DNA from: Candidatus Pacebacteria bacterium UBA6180
Lineage (GTDB): Bacteria; Patescibacteriota; Microgenomatia; UBA1400; PJMF01
Reading direction: 5' to 3'
Length of the DNA: 64,000 nucleotides
Assembly: GCA_002422165.1 (NCBI GenBank)
Contig: DITQ01000002.1
Span: forward strand, 13,174 to 77,173
In this document: positions 29,133 through 41,513 of the stretch, in pieces
How positions within the stretch are numbered: the stretch's first letter is position 1
How the letters are laid out: every line of letters begins with the position of its first letter
Notes under the pieces: generated by a model
Databases searched by the model: none
What the model saw: the letters and a program-made list of their open reading frames with translations, nothing else
Told to the model about the DNA's origin: nothing
Program-made: the position numbers and the translations under genes

Positions 29133-29468
29133 ATGGCTGACACAATTCAATTCAGTGATTTCATTAAAGTAGAAATGCGCGTCGGGCTGGTGACGGCTGT
29201 TAGTGCACCAGAGTGGAGTGAAAAATTGCTAGAATTTACTGCAGATTTTGGTCCAGAAATCGGCACGCGCCGCGTCCTTTCTGGCGTGCGCCAGTGGTAT
29301 GGTGAATCTGACTTTTTGAACAAAAAATTTCCCTTCGTTGTCAATTTGGCTGAGCGCAAAATGGGCCCAAGCAGCAGTCAAGGCATGATGATGATGGTCG
29401 ATGGCCCAGACAAACCAATCCTAATTGAACTAAATGAACAAGCAAAAATAGGCGACCCTTTGGCCTAA
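29133..29468 (+). CDS. Trbp111/CsaA/MetG-C-like tRNA-binding OB-fold protein
   Basis: FSDFIKVEMRVG, VVNLAERKMG..SQGM. Confidence 0.85.
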   Translation: MADTIQFSDFIKVEMRVGLVTAVSAPEWSEKLLEFTADFGPEIGTRRVLSGVRQWYGESDFLNKKFPFVVNLAERKMGPSSSQGMMMMVDGPDKPILIELNEQAKIGDPLA

Positions 29469-29489
29469 ACTAAAAAAATAGAAAGATTT

Positions 29490-31430
29490 ATGACCGAAAA
29501 CGCAGCTGATCAAAAAAACCCAAACACTACTTCAAAGAAGCCTACAGCCAGCCAAAATTCTGGTGCGCCCAAGCAAAATCCTTCATACAAGCGCGTCGAA
29601 GTCAAAATTAATTTGAACAAATTTTTCAGCAAAACTTTGATTTACTTGTTGATCATTTTCCTATTTGTGCCTTCGCTGCTTGGCGCCTTTGGTGCTGGCA
29701 ATGCCCGCGAATCAATCACTATCAGTCAGATGGTTACTGATATTCGTGAGGATAAAGTCGCCAAAATGGAAGTTTACACTCAGGAGTTGCGCTTGACCTA
29801 CAAGGATGACTCCAAAAAAGTTGCCAAAAAAGAAGAAGGCCAACAAGCGCTGCAGATTTTAAACGCCGCTGGAATTGATCTGACCACTGTCGACACGGAA
29901 GTTCATGATGCCACTTTTTTGCAAATGATGTGGGAGTTGATTATCAATTTCTTGCCAATTATTTTGATGTTCGTTTTCCTGATGATCATGTTCCGCCAAG
30001 CACGTGGTGGGGCAGGTGGTGACATGATGTTTGGCATGGGCAAGAGCAAAGCTAAGGTTTTCGTCAAAGGCAAGCAAAACATTTCCTTCAAGGACGTCGG
30101 TGGCATGGATGAAGCCAAGAAAGAACTTGAGGAAATTGTTGACTTTTTGAAAAATCCCAAGAAATACACGCGTGTTGGTGCGCGTACGCCCAAGGGTGTG
30201 CTTTTGGTCGGGCCAGCAGGTACAGGTAAAACCCTGCTTGCTAGAGCAGTGGCTGGCGAAGCCAATGTGCAATTTCTTTCGATTGCTGGTAGTGAATTTA
30301 TGGAAATGCTGGTTGGCGTCGGCGCATCGAGGGTCAGAGATCTATTTGATACTGCCAAAAAAATTGCTCCATCCATTATTTTCATCGATGAAATTGATGC
30401 CATTGGTCGCACTCGTAGCCGCAACAGCATGTCTTCTCACGATGAGCGCGAGCAGACGCTAAACCAAATTTTGGTGGAAATGGACGGTTTTACTCAGAAC
30501 GACAACGTGATTGTTATGGCTGCCACCAATCGCGGCGATATGCTTGATCCAGCTTTGGTTCGTCCAGGTCGTTTCGATCGTCGCGTCCAAGTCAACTTGC
30601 CAGATCTCGAAGAGCGCAAATTTATCTTAAGTATTCACGCTAAAAACAAAGTTTTCACCAAAGACCTGAATTGGGATCGCGTTGCCAAGCGCACCGTCGG
30701 TTTTTCTGGAGCTGATCTCGAGAATATGCTCAATGAAGCTGCCATTGCTATCGCTCGCGAAAATCGTACTGAGGTAACTATGGAAGACATCGAAGAAGCC
30801 TCGCTTAAGACTAAGTATGGTCCGAGCAAAAAACGTCTTCAAGACGAGCTCGAGAAAAAGATGACCGCCTATCACGAAGCTGGTCACGCCGTCTTGGCTC
30901 ACGTTTTGCCTTATGCCGATCCGGTCCACCGTATTTCAATTGTTTCTCGCGGTCAAGCTCTCGGTTATACTTTTACTCCTCCAGAAAAAGACAAGTTGCA
31001 AATCCTCAAGTCAGAACTACTTGATGATATGGTTGTGATGTTTGGTGGGCGCGCGGCTGAAATGTTGATCTTCAACGAGCAAACCGCTGGCGCCAGCAAT
31101 GACATCGAGCGAGCTACCAGAATCGCTCGTAGCATGGTGGTGCGCTTCGGGATGAGTAGCTTAGGACCGATGAATTTCGGACCGATTTACGAAACTGAGG
31201 ACTACAATCGTGCTTGGGTTGAGCCAGACAAATTATCTCCTAAGATTCAGGAACAAGTTGATGCAGCCATGTTGTCTTACATCGGTGAAGCTGAAACCAA
31301 AGCCATGACTTTGCTCAAAAAATATCGTTCCAAGTTGGAGCTAGTAGCCACGGAGTTGCTTGAGCGTGAAACTTTGGACGCTGATGATTTTGCCAAACTG
31401 ATGGACATGCCCAAAGCCAAAGTCGTATAA
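29490..31430 (+). CDS. ftsH: ATP-dependent zinc metalloprotease FtsH
   Basis: Two TMs, [27 protein letters not shown]. Confidence 0.98.
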   Translation: MTENAADQKNPNTTSKKPTASQNSGAPKQNPSYKRVEVKINLNKFFSKTLIYLLIIFLFVPSLLGAFGAGNARESITISQMVTDIREDKVAKMEVYTQELRLTYKDDSKKVAKKEEGQQALQILNAAGIDLTTVDTEVHDATFLQMMWELIINFLPIILMFVFLMIMFRQARGGAGGDMMFGMGKSKAKVFVKGKQNISFKDVGGMDEAKKELEEIVDFLKNPKKYTRVGARTPKGVLLVGPAGTGKTLLARAVAGEANVQFLSIAGSEFMEMLVGVGASRVRDLFDTAKKIAPSIIFIDEIDAIGRTRSRNSMSSHDEREQTLNQILVEMDGFTQNDNVIVMAATNRGDMLDPALVRPGRFDRRVQVNLPDLEERKFILSIHAKNKVFTKDLNWDRVAKRTVGFSGADLENMLNEAAIAIARENRTEVTMEDIEEASLKTKYGPSKKRLQDELEKKMTAYHEAGHAVLAHVLPYADPVHRISIVSRGQALGYTFTPPEKDKLQILKSELLDDMVVMFGGRAAEMLIFNEQTAGASNDIERATRIARSMVVRFGMSSLGPMNFGPIYETEDYNRAWVEPDKLSPKIQEQVDAAMLSYIGEAETKAMTLLKKYRSKLELVATELLERETLDADDFAKLMDMPKAKVV

Positions 31431-31437
31431 TCGAATT

Positions 31438-31598
31438 ATAGTTTTGCTCTTTAATTCAGTCACGTGCGACGGAAAGGTTTGCTTCATTGAAGTTGACAAT
31501 CTTCTTCTTACTCGGTGAAGGCGCTGTTTAAAACATAAGTTATTTGTTTTTGTTACTGCCCATCGCCTTCAACGGACTGCCTTAAAGAGCAAAACTAT
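31438..31598 (+). ncRNA. candidate structured RNA element, copy B (after ftsH)
   Basis: Perfect 17-bp outer IR atagttttgctctttaa/ttaaagagcaaaactat, cagtc-a-cgt/acg-gactg, tgaaggcgctg/catcgccttca. Confidence 0.65.
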
Positions 31599-31638
31599 TA
31601 GAAATATTTAAAGGTAAGTTTTTTTAAAACACAACGCA

Positions 31639-32571
31639 GTGCCAAGTTCTCATAAATTTCTCCTTGTCGATGCTCACGCTTTGATCTATCGCGCTTACTA
31701 CGCGATTCCCAACCTAACCGATCCTCAGGGTAATTTAGTCAATGCGGTTTATGGTTTTAGTAAAATGCTGCTTAATGCCATTTCCTACTTCGAACCAGAG
31801 TACGCGGCGGTTTGTTTCGATCATCCCAAACCAACTTTTCGTCACAAGAAATTTGACGGCTACAAGGCACAGCGCGCCAAAATGCCCGATGATTTGATTC
31901 CGCAAATCCAGATCGTCAAAGATGTGGTCGCAGCACTCGGTGTGCCGAAGTTCGAGCTAGAAGGTTTCGAAGCCGACGATTTGATCGGCACAGTCAACTG
32001 CAAAGTCGAGGATTTAAATGACGGCTTGATGACGATCATCGTCACTGGTGATCAGGATTCTTTCCAACTGGTTGATGATGATACTCACATCTGGATGCCT
32101 GCTCGTGGTAAGCAGAAGGGCGACATCGAGTACGATGCTGGACTGGTGGAGAAAAAACTCGGCATCAAGCCAGCGCAAGTGATTGACCTCAAAGCCCTAA
32201 TGGGTGATAGCTCTGACAATATTCCAGGAGTGAAAGGGGTGGGTCCCAAGACCGCCGCTGCCCTAGTTCAGAAATTTGGCAGCGTCGAGCAAGTTTATGA
32301 TTTTTTGAGTAAAAACCCCACTGGCAACGAACTGATTAAAGGTGCACTTTTGACCAAACTGATAGATGGTCGAGAAGATGCCTTAATGAGTAAAGATTTG
32401 GCGACTATCAGCTGTAATGTGCCGCTAGATTTCGAACTCGAGCAGTGTCGAGTGACTGGTTACGACAAAAACCAAGTTATTAGTATTTTTCAAACTTTGG
32501 GCTTCAAGTCGTTAATTAGCTTGCTCCCACAAGACGCGTTTGAAAGTTCAGTTCAGGAGGCTTTGTTTTAA
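31639..32571 (+). CDS. 5'-3' exonuclease (stand-alone PolA N-terminal domain)
   Basis: LLVDAHALIYRAYY, NAVYGF, EADDLIG, TGDQD, MGDSSDNIPGVKGVGPKTA. Confidence 0.92.
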   Translation: MPSSHKFLLVDAHALIYRAYYAIPNLTDPQGNLVNAVYGFSKMLLNAISYFEPEYAAVCFDHPKPTFRHKKFDGYKAQRAKMPDDLIPQIQIVKDVVAALGVPKFELEGFEADDLIGTVNCKVEDLNDGLMTIIVTGDQDSFQLVDDDTHIWMPARGKQKGDIEYDAGLVEKKLGIKPAQVIDLKALMGDSSDNIPGVKGVGPKTAAALVQKFGSVEQVYDFLSKNPTGNELIKGALLTKLIDGREDALMSKDLATISCNVPLDFELEQCRVTGYDKNQVISIFQTLGFKSLISLLPQDAFESSVQEALF

Positions 32572-32572
32572 T

Positions 32573-33718
32573 ATGTCAAAAAAACCCCAGCGTGTCGCTC
32601 TTGTTCATGATTATCTCCGCGAATATGGTGGGGCTGAGCGAGTGCTGGAGGCTTTACACCAGATTTGGCCAGAAGCGCCAGTTTATACAGCCTTTGCCGA
32701 TCCTCGAGCTATGGGGACTAACTGGGCGCGTTTTGCTACTTGGGATATCCGTCAGAGCAAGTTGACCTCTTTTCCTTTTTATCGTCAGCTTTTTTCGCCG
32801 CTGCGTATTTTTGCCAAGTGGGCCTTCGAGCAATTTGACCTTCGTGAATATGATTTGGTCATTAGCTCAAGTAATGCCTATTTTGCCAAAGCGGCTCGCG
32901 CTGTTTCTAGTCGCCATTTCTGCTACTGTCACACGCCACCAAGAGTTCTTTATGGCTATAGTGCGAAAAGCAACTGGCAAGCTAATCCATTAACTAAGGC
33001 AGCCGGAAATTTTCTCAACCATTTCGTGAGGCAAATGGATTTTATCGCTGCCCAGAACCCTGACCAGATGATTGCTAATTCTAGAGAAACTCAACTACGT
33101 ATCAAAAAATTTTATAAACGCTCTAGCGTAGTAATTAACCCACCGATTGCCATTTATGATGAGGCAGCAGAATTTTTTGCTAAGCTGAGTAAAAAAGAAC
33201 TTGCTGACCTGGCAGTTAAGAAACAAAACTCTTATTATCTCTACGTCAATCGTCTTGCCAAATCTAAACATCCCGACTTAGCAGTGCAGGTAGCCAGTGA
33301 ACTAGGTTTGCCTCTCAAGGTGGTGGGAACAGGAGCGATGCTTTCGTCACTTCGTGCCATGGCCAAGTCAAATGTGGAATTTCTAGGTTTCGTCGATGAT
33401 CAGCAATTGTCAGGGTTGTACAAGAATGCTCGTGCTTTGCTTTATCCAGCCGAAGATGAAGATTTCGGCATGGTGCCAGTAGAAGCGATGGCTTACGGCA
33501 CCCCAGTGATTGCCCACTCTTCAGGTGGACCACTAGAAACGATTGAGGACGGACGGACTGGTCTTTTCTTCGCGGAATTAAGTACTGCTAGTTTGCGTCA
33601 AGCAATCATCAAATTTGAGAAAAATTTTGTACTCAATCCTCTGATAATTCACCAAATTACTAAACAATATTCCTTCGCAGCATTTAAACAAAAACTACTC
33701 AAGTTAGTCTCAGATTAA
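32573..33718 (+). CDS. glycosyltransferase family 4
   Basis: GGAERV, YCHTPPR, EDFGMVPVEAMA. Confidence 0.92.
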   Translation: MSKKPQRVALVHDYLREYGGAERVLEALHQIWPEAPVYTAFADPRAMGTNWARFATWDIRQSKLTSFPFYRQLFSPLRIFAKWAFEQFDLREYDLVISSSNAYFAKAARAVSSRHFCYCHTPPRVLYGYSAKSNWQANPLTKAAGNFLNHFVRQMDFIAAQNPDQMIANSRETQLRIKKFYKRSSVVINPPIAIYDEAAEFFAKLSKKELADLAVKKQNSYYLYVNRLAKSKHPDLAVQVASELGLPLKVVGTGAMLSSLRAMAKSNVEFLGFVDDQQLSGLYKNARALLYPAEDEDFGMVPVEAMAYGTPVIAHSSGGPLETIEDGRTGLFFAELSTASLRQAIIKFEKNFVLNPLIIHQITKQYSFAAFKQKLLKLVSD

Positions 33719-35139
33719 TTGCGGATTAGTTTCAATTTAGCCACCTCGTTAATTGGCATAAAAACTTCAACTCGCAGCAGCGCGGCATCGGTGGCAACTT
33801 GTTGATTTTGTTTACTGCCACCCAAGAATTCTTGGTTTAGTGTGTAGCTGCCTGGCTCGATGTTGGTAAAAGTAATCGGTACCAGTTCGCTATTTCTTCC
33901 TTTAGGATCGAAGTTAGCGATAATTAATTCAACTTCTCCCAAATCATTACGAGCGGCCAATGCTTTGACAAAAGAACCAAGGCCAGTGATTTGTAATCGT
34001 TGGTCGGGGATGCTATCAAGCATGCGTAGGGCTTGATAGCGAGGTTTGGAATTGGCTCCGAAATCGTTATGTGTAAACATCCCCCACCTCCCCCAATGCT
34101 GTTTACCCTCTGGGTCTTTGCCATCTTGGATCTCAAAAGCAAAAGCTCGCTCAACACGATTGCTCATGGCGATTGCTCCTGCGACTGTGTGAGCAGCGCT
34201 GTATGCTGAATCATATCCAGCGTGATTGTTGCTGTCATGACCCCATTCGGTGATTTGGAATTCGAGAGTTGGCTCTAATTGGGGAAATTCCTGTACCCAC
34301 TGTCTCACCAGAGCCATGTCTTCGGCGAATTGTTCGATGTTGTTGCTGTAGCGATGCCAGGAGAAAAAATCACAACGCCAGTTGTTGGCAACGCAGCCCT
34401 TGGCCCAAGCAGTGAACCAGTTTTTATAGAGTGCGGTGATAGCGGGGCCACCAAGCTTGAAGGGCAAGACACTGCGGGCATTTTTGGCTCCAGCACTAGC
34501 GTAGGCGTACATGGTCAGGTAATTTTTGTCACCGTAATATTTGAAAGAGCCGAAGAGGTCTGGCTCATTCCAGACCTCATAGTAGACATCGCTAATTCTT
34601 CTAGTACCACTCAGGTGCTCGATGGTGCGCTGAACGACCAGTTGCCAATCTGACCAGTGGACAGGATAAGCTAAGATATCTCCAGAAGAAATTGCTGGTG
34701 GCATGTAGCTAAGGGCGATGTAAGGTTTGGCGCCTGTAGCTAAGATGTCATCAATGATTAAATCAAACTTAGTCCAATCAAAAGTAATGTTGCCAGGAGT
34801 GCCTTGGACAATGTCGTAGAAATCATAGATGTGGTCGAGGCGAATATACTCTGGCTTGAGCGTGGAAACTGGTCCTGTCAGGTTGGCAATGCGCCAGTTA
34901 TGATCTTCACCTCCCTGAGCAAGATTGCGCCAGGGTCGAGGCATAGGACCAAGAGCGGCAGTAGTGTTGACTATTAAATTGGCTGGAATACCGCTGGCTT
35001 GACCGAAAAATTCTCTGACTACTTGGATCTGCCAGGCCCCAGCCATGACACCGGTTAGAACAATCAATAAGCCAAGAAAAGACAACATGGCTTTACGCTT
35101 TTGCTTAAGTCTTGGGTTAATAGTGTAGTTTTGCCTCAT
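33715..35139 (-). CDS. glycoside hydrolase family 39-like (clan GH-A)
   Basis: YEVWNEPD acid/base, SWHRY, ITEW nucleophile; N-terminal TM. Confidence 0.8.
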   Translation of the reverse strand: MRQNYTINPRLKQKRKAMLSFLGLLIVLTGVMAGAWQIQVVREFFGQASGIPANLIVNTTAALGPMPRPWRNLAQGGEDHNWRIANLTGPVSTLKPEYIRLDHIYDFYDIVQGTPGNITFDWTKFDLIIDDILATGAKPYIALSYMPPAISSGDILAYPVHWSDWQLVVQRTIEHLSGTRRISDVYYEVWNEPDLFGSFKYYGDKNYLTMYAYASAGAKNARSVLPFKLGGPAITALYKNWFTAWAKGCVANNWRCDFFSWHRYSNNIEQFAEDMALVRQWVQEFPQLEPTLEFQITEWGHDSNNHAGYDSAYSAAHTVAGAIAMSNRVERAFAFEIQDGKDPEGKQHWGRWGMFTHNDFGANSKPRYQALRMLDSIPDQRLQITGLGSFVKALAARNDLGEVELIIANFDPKGRNSELVPITFTNIEPGSYTLNQEFLGGSKQNQQVATDAALLRVEVFMPINEVAKLKLIRN

Positions 35140-35243
35140 GTAATTTTATGCTAGCAAAAAAATAGAGTCTTGTCTTATTGACTTTGTCTATTTATAATCC
35201 AGCACGTAAATCGCTACGCTAATTTAATAGAAAGACATAAACC

Positions 35244-36122
35244 ATGGCCGCAGATAGCTTGCATGTTTCTATTTCCGCTGAGACAGTTGTTAACGTTTTT
35301 GGACTGCCAATCAGCAACTCTATTTTTACCAGTTTATTAGTCAGTTTCTTCCTAGTTGGTTTTGCAATTTATTTCAGATCAAAATTCAAAGAGACTGATC
35401 AGCCGAGTGGCTTACAAAATTTCGTCGAAATGGTGGTGGATGCTCTATACAATTTCGTTTATTCGATTACTGAGAATCACAAAAAATCTGCTCTTTTCTT
35501 TCCCATCATTGCTTCATTTTTCATTTTCATCATTATGAACAACTACGTGGGCTTGTTGCCTGGAGTAGGCCCAATTATGGTTGAGGAGGGTAAAATTGGC
35601 CAAAATGGTATTGTCACAGAAGTGCTTGCTTCATCTGAACCTGAAATAGAAGTGACAGAGGCTGCGGATTCGATTGCTGCGGAAGAACACAAGGAAGAGC
35701 ACAAGGCAGTTCCGCTACTTCGCGCTGCTACCGCTGATCTTAATACAACTTTGGCCTTGGCAATCATTTCTGTTTTCTTGACTCAAGTTTTTGGAGTGTC
35801 TCATTTAGGCTTGGCTTATTTCAAGAAATTTATTGATTTTTCCAACCCTATCAACTTTTTTGTAGGCATTTTAGAAATTATTTTAGAGGTAGCCAAAATT
35901 GTCTCTTTTGCTTTCAGGTTGTTTGGTAATATTTTTGCTGGCGAGGTCTTATTGGTTGTCATGACCTACTTGGTTGCAATTGCTGTGCCAGCGCCTTTCT
36001 ACGCTCTTGAGTTGTTTGTAGGCTTTATTCAGGCCTTAGTTTTCTCGATGTTGTCCTTAATATTCTTTAATTTGGCCACCAAAGGCCACCACGAAGAAGA
36101 GCATGAGACAGCTGCAGCTTAG
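35244..36122 (+). CDS. atpB: ATP synthase subunit a
   Basis: SFAFRLFGNIFAGE, FIQALVF. Confidence 0.96.
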   Translation: MAADSLHVSISAETVVNVFGLPISNSIFTSLLVSFFLVGFAIYFRSKFKETDQPSGLQNFVEMVVDALYNFVYSITENHKKSALFFPIIASFFIFIIMNNYVGLLPGVGPIMVEEGKIGQNGIVTEVLASSEPEIEVTEAADSIAAEEHKEEHKAVPLLRAATADLNTTLALAIISVFLTQVFGVSHLGLAYFKKFIDFSNPINFFVGILEIILEVAKIVSFAFRLFGNIFAGEVLLVVMTYLVAIAVPAPFYALELFVGFIQALVFSMLSLIFFNLATKGHHEEEHETAAA

Positions 36123-36154
36123 TATTTAGGTAATATAAAAATTAATAATAATAA

Positions 36155-36388
<234 letters not shown>

Positions 36389-36422
36389 ATCAAAGCAAAA
36401 AAAAGAAAAGGAGCTCTAAGCT

Positions 36423-36908
36423 ATGGATATACAATTAGCCCAAATTATCTTTCAGATTATCAACTTTGGTGTGGTCTTGGGTGCCCTCACTTATTTCATT
36501 TATAAGCCAGTCCTTAAGTTGCTCAATGATCGCCGCGAGCGAGTGGCCGCCGCCGCCGCTGCTGCTGGCGAAGTGATGCAGGACAAAGAGGATCTAGAAC
36601 GCTTGCGCGAAAAGACTTTATTAAAAGCCAGTCAAAAAGCCAAGAAAATGGAAAACGATATTCGCAGCGAAGCACAAGCACAAGCCAAGCTCATGCTTGA
36701 ACAAAGCAAAAAAGAAATAGCTGCTCGCGAAGCCAAGTTTTCAGCTGAACTCAGCAAAATGAAAAAAGAAGAAATGCGTTCTATGGAAGCTGTGATGAAA
36801 AAAGCGGCTCTCACTATGGCAGAAAAAGTTATTGGTGAGTCACTGGACAACAAGAAACATCAGAAATTACTTGACGAACAAATTGACCAAGTAATCAAAA
36901 GTCTATAA
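36423..36908 (+). CDS. atpF: ATP synthase subunit b
   Basis: QIINF..YKPVLKLLNDRR, coiled coil. Confidence 0.93.
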   Translation: MDIQLAQIIFQIINFGVVLGALTYFIYKPVLKLLNDRRERVAAAAAAAGEVMQDKEDLERLREKTLLKASQKAKKMENDIRSEAQAQAKLMLEQSKKEIAAREAKFSAELSKMKKEEMRSMEAVMKKAALTMAEKVIGESLDNKKHQKLLDEQIDQVIKSL

Positions 36909-36913
36909 AAAAT

Positions 36914-37129
36914 ATGTTGCAAATTAATGTCGCTAGCGCTGTGGCTCTAAGCAGCGCACAAAAAAATAAGTTAGAGGCTGCTTTGCAGAAGAAATACAGT
37001 CAAGAACAAGTAGTTTTTAATTATCAAGTCAAAGAAGAATTGATTGCCGGATTGAGTGTCAGCGTGGCGGGCAAATTGCATGATGCAAGTTTGCGTGCTC
37101 GTCTCAATCAGTTGGCTAGTAAGATCTAA
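36914..37129 (+). CDS. atpH: ATP synthase subunit delta, C-terminal domain only
   Basis: VASAVALS...LIAGL...DASLRARL; 71 aa. Confidence 0.88.
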   Translation: MLQINVASAVALSSAQKNKLEAALQKKYSQEQVVFNYQVKEELIAGLSVSVAGKLHDASLRARLNQLASKI

Positions 37130-37134
37130 CTTTT

Positions 37135-38652
37135 ATGTCAAAATCAGATATTTTTGCTAATTTGAGTTCAATTAAAACTGCCGATCTTCAAGTCAAAGAA
37201 GTTTCTGTGGGCAAAGTGATTTCCTTCGCCGACGGAATTGTTTTTACTGATCAGTTGCGAGACGTACAATCAGGCGAACTTGTTAGTTTCGGTGGGGAAG
37301 CTTATGGTCTAGCCCTTAATCTCGAGAGAGAAAAAGTTGGCATCATCGTTTTATCTGGCGCAGAACAAATCAGAGCCGGGGACTTCGTTTATCGTACTGG
37401 CAAAATTTTATCGATCAACGTCTCAGACGAAATTGTCGGCCGAGTAGTTGACCCAATGGGTCAAGCAGTTGATGGTAAATCTGCAATCGCTGCCGACAAA
37501 GAAATGTTTTTGGAAAAAATTGCTCCTGGTGTAATTGCTCGTGAGGGTGTCAATCAACCAATGCAAACTGGTATCAAGGCAGTCGACGCTTTGATTCCTA
37601 TTGGTCGTGGTCAGCGTGAGTTGATTATCGGCGATCGCAATACCGGCAAGTCTTCTGTGGCTTTGGCCAGCATTCTCAACCAAAAGGGTCAGGACATGAT
37701 TTGTATTTACGTCGCTATTGGTCAGAAAAAATCGACTTTGGCTCAATTCATCCAAGTTTTGGAAGATAAGGGCGCGATGGAATACACTACTGTCGTTTCT
37801 GCTTCTGCTTCTGAAGCTGCTTCATTGCAATTCTTGGCTCCTTACTCTGGTCAAGCTGTGGCAGAATACTTTTTAGCCAAAGGCAAGGATGTCTTGATTG
37901 TTTTTGATGATTTGAGTAAACATGCTCAGGCTTACCGTGAAATTTCTCTGTTGCTCAAGCGCCCTTCTGGCCGTGAAGCTTATCCAGGTGACGTTTTCTA
38001 CCTGCACTCTCGTTTGCTAGAGAGAGCTTGTAAACTCAACGTCGAAAATGGTGGCGGTTCGATTACCGCTTTGCCAATTATCGAAACCCAAGCTAACGAC
38101 GTCTCCGCCTACATTCCGACCAACGTCATTTCTATCACTGATGGTCAAATTTATCTGGAAACTGATTTGTTTAACTCTGGTATGAGGCCAGCTATCAACA
38201 TTGGCTTGTCAGTTTCTCGTGTCGGTTCTGCCGCCCAGCTCAAAGCCATGAAGCAAGTTGCTGGTAGCTTGAAGCTTGATCTGGCGCAATTTAGAGAATT
38301 GGAGGCTTTTGCTCAATTCAGTTCTGATCTGGACGCGACCACCAAGAAGCAACTCGAGCGAGGTAAGCGCGTCAGTGAAATTCTTAAGCAAGCTTGGGAT
38401 TTGCAGATGTCAGTCGCAGAGCAAGTCTTGATGATTCACGCTGCGGTTGGTGGTCATCTCGATGAAGTTGAAATCACCGATCTAGGTGAATGGGAAGCTA
38501 GTTATTTGGCTTTTGCCAAGAGTAACAATCCCAAGCTAGTTGAACACTTGAACAGCGGACCCAAGATCGCGACATCGGAAGAAGAAGCTTTGCAAAAACT
38601 TATTAAAGATTTTGCCAAAGCCTACCCTCGTTTTTATAAGAAAGAGGCCTAA
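37135..38652 (+). CDS. atpA: ATP synthase subunit alpha
   Basis: GDRNTGKS, GREAYPGDVFYLHSRLLERA. Confidence 0.98.
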   Translation: MSKSDIFANLSSIKTADLQVKEVSVGKVISFADGIVFTDQLRDVQSGELVSFGGEAYGLALNLEREKVGIIVLSGAEQIRAGDFVYRTGKILSINVSDEIVGRVVDPMGQAVDGKSAIAADKEMFLEKIAPGVIAREGVNQPMQTGIKAVDALIPIGRGQRELIIGDRNTGKSSVALASILNQKGQDMICIYVAIGQKKSTLAQFIQVLEDKGAMEYTTVVSASASEAASLQFLAPYSGQAVAEYFLAKGKDVLIVFDDLSKHAQAYREISLLLKRPSGREAYPGDVFYLHSRLLERACKLNVENGGGSITALPIIETQANDVSAYIPTNVISITDGQIYLETDLFNSGMRPAINIGLSVSRVGSAAQLKAMKQVAGSLKLDLAQFRELEAFAQFSSDLDATTKKQLERGKRVSEILKQAWDLQMSVAEQVLMIHAAVGGHLDEVEITDLGEWEASYLAFAKSNNPKLVEHLNSGPKIATSEEEALQKLIKDFAKAYPRFYKKEA

Positions 38653-38657
38653 GTTTT

Positions 38658-39569
38658 ATGGCTAACGCTAGAATCATCAAACGCCGCGTCAATTCTGTGC
38701 AGAATATCGCCAAAATTACCAAGGCGATGCAAATGGTGTCGGCCAGCAAAACTCGCTACTCTCAGAGGATGGCCACCAGTTCTTTGCCTTACATTAAGTC
38801 TTTGCTCGAATCTCTAGAAACAGTTGCTGGCTCAGTTGATCAGGAGGCTCATCCTTTTCTCAATCGTGATCGTTCTGGAGCTGATTTGTTGATTATCATT
38901 TCTACCAACAAGGGTCTGTGTGGCTCGCTCAATACTAATTTGTTTAAAAAACTAATCTTGTGGGCCAAGAATCGCCCCAACGCCCAATACATTGCTGTGG
39001 GTCAAAAAGCCGTCAATTTCTTGCGTATGCACGACTTTGACTTGCTTGCTGGCTTTACTGATTGGCCAGAAAAAACCAAGCTAAGCGATATTTTGCCATT
39101 GATGGATATGGTTAAAGAACGTTATCTGGAAGGGAAAATTAACCGCGTCGACGTCTTGTTTACCGATTACATTAATAATCTTTCGCAGCGCAGTTTGATT
39201 TTTCGCCTGTTGCCAATCGAAGACTTGGAAATTCAGCAGCTCGGTAGCGAATTTCAAAATAAAATCATTAAAGTGCCAACCAAAGAGGCGACAAAAGAAC
39301 AAGTCAAAACTACCCCAGTTAATTATTTGCTTGAGCCAAGTCCAAAAGAATTGCTAGACTTTTTGCTCAACTACTATCTGGAATTGAGCTTCTATCACTT
39401 AGTTTTGGAAGCTCTAGCTAGCGAACATTCGGCGAGAATGATTGCTATGAAGAGTGCCAGCGACAACGCCAAGGATTTAGTCGAAGTTCTGAAACTTGAC
39501 TTTAATAAATCTCGCCAGACTATGATTACTAATGAACTCTTAGATATTAGCAGCGCCAAAATGCGTTAA
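38658..39569 (+). CDS. atpG: ATP synthase subunit gamma
   Basis: KITKAMQMVS, KGLCG, SEHSARMIAM, RQTMITNE. Confidence 0.97.
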   Translation: MANARIIKRRVNSVQNIAKITKAMQMVSASKTRYSQRMATSSLPYIKSLLESLETVAGSVDQEAHPFLNRDRSGADLLIIISTNKGLCGSLNTNLFKKLILWAKNRPNAQYIAVGQKAVNFLRMHDFDLLAGFTDWPEKTKLSDILPLMDMVKERYLEGKINRVDVLFTDYINNLSQRSLIFRLLPIEDLEIQQLGSEFQNKIIKVPTKEATKEQVKTTPVNYLLEPSPKELLDFLLNYYLELSFYHLVLEALASEHSARMIAMKSASDNAKDLVEVLKLDFNKSRQTMITNELLDISSAKMR

Positions 39570-39588
39570 GGAATCAATAAAGGAATAA

Positions 39589-40989
<1,401 letters not shown>

Positions 40990-41006
40990 AAGGCAAAAAT
41001 TAAGAA

Positions 41007-41417
41007 ATGAGCAACAAACTAAGGCTTACCATCGTTTCCCAAGAAGAGCAGTTACTTGATCAAGAAGTTGACTCTGTGACTTTGTCGACCAAAGACGGCA
41101 TCATTACTTTGTTGCGCGATCATCAACCTTTGATTAGTAAATTAGAATTTGGTGAATTAGATTACCAAGTTGGCAATCAACGCCACACAATGTTGTTGAC
41201 TCAGGGTTTTGTCAATAAAAAGCCAGACAACCAAGTTTTAGTTGTCGTTGATTCCGCGTTTAGCGCGCGCGAGCTCAATAATGAAAAAATCAAAGCGGCT
41301 GTCGCGCGCGCCAAAGAAGCCTACAAGATGTCGGCTGACAAGCAAGACCTGCTGATGATCGAAGCTTCGCTTAAACAACTTTTCTGGGAAGTACAGTTGG
41401 CCAACAAAAAGAAGTAG
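41007..41417 (+). CDS. atpC: ATP synthase subunit epsilon
   Basis: LTIVS, GIITLLRDHQPLIS; last gene of the atp operon. Confidence 0.92.
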   Translation: MSNKLRLTIVSQEEQLLDQEVDSVTLSTKDGIITLLRDHQPLISKLEFGELDYQVGNQRHTMLLTQGFVNKKPDNQVLVVVDSAFSARELNNEKIKAAVARAKEAYKMSADKQDLLMIEASLKQLFWEVQLANKKK

Positions 41418-41449
41418 GGCTTCTCCTAAGTAATAAATTGCTTGACAAC

Positions 41450-41476
41450 TTAGCAAACTCTCGATATGATTGCTAA
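41450..41476 (+). promoter_or_regulatory. CIRCE upstream of hrcA overlapping the promoter
   Basis: TTAGCAAAC-N9-GATTGCTAA just downstream of TTGACA (41442), overlapping TATGAT. Confidence 0.8.
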
Positions 41477-41513
41477 TAGACTTGTGGCAAAATAAGTCTA
41501 GGAGTTAATCATT

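Noticed and set aside
31438-31598. Element as a hammerhead/hairpin ribozyme, T-box, attC site or intrinsic terminator
   Set aside because: No CUGANGA/GAAA core, T-box sequence, RYYYAAC/GTTRRRY ends or U tract after the GC stem could be found by eye.
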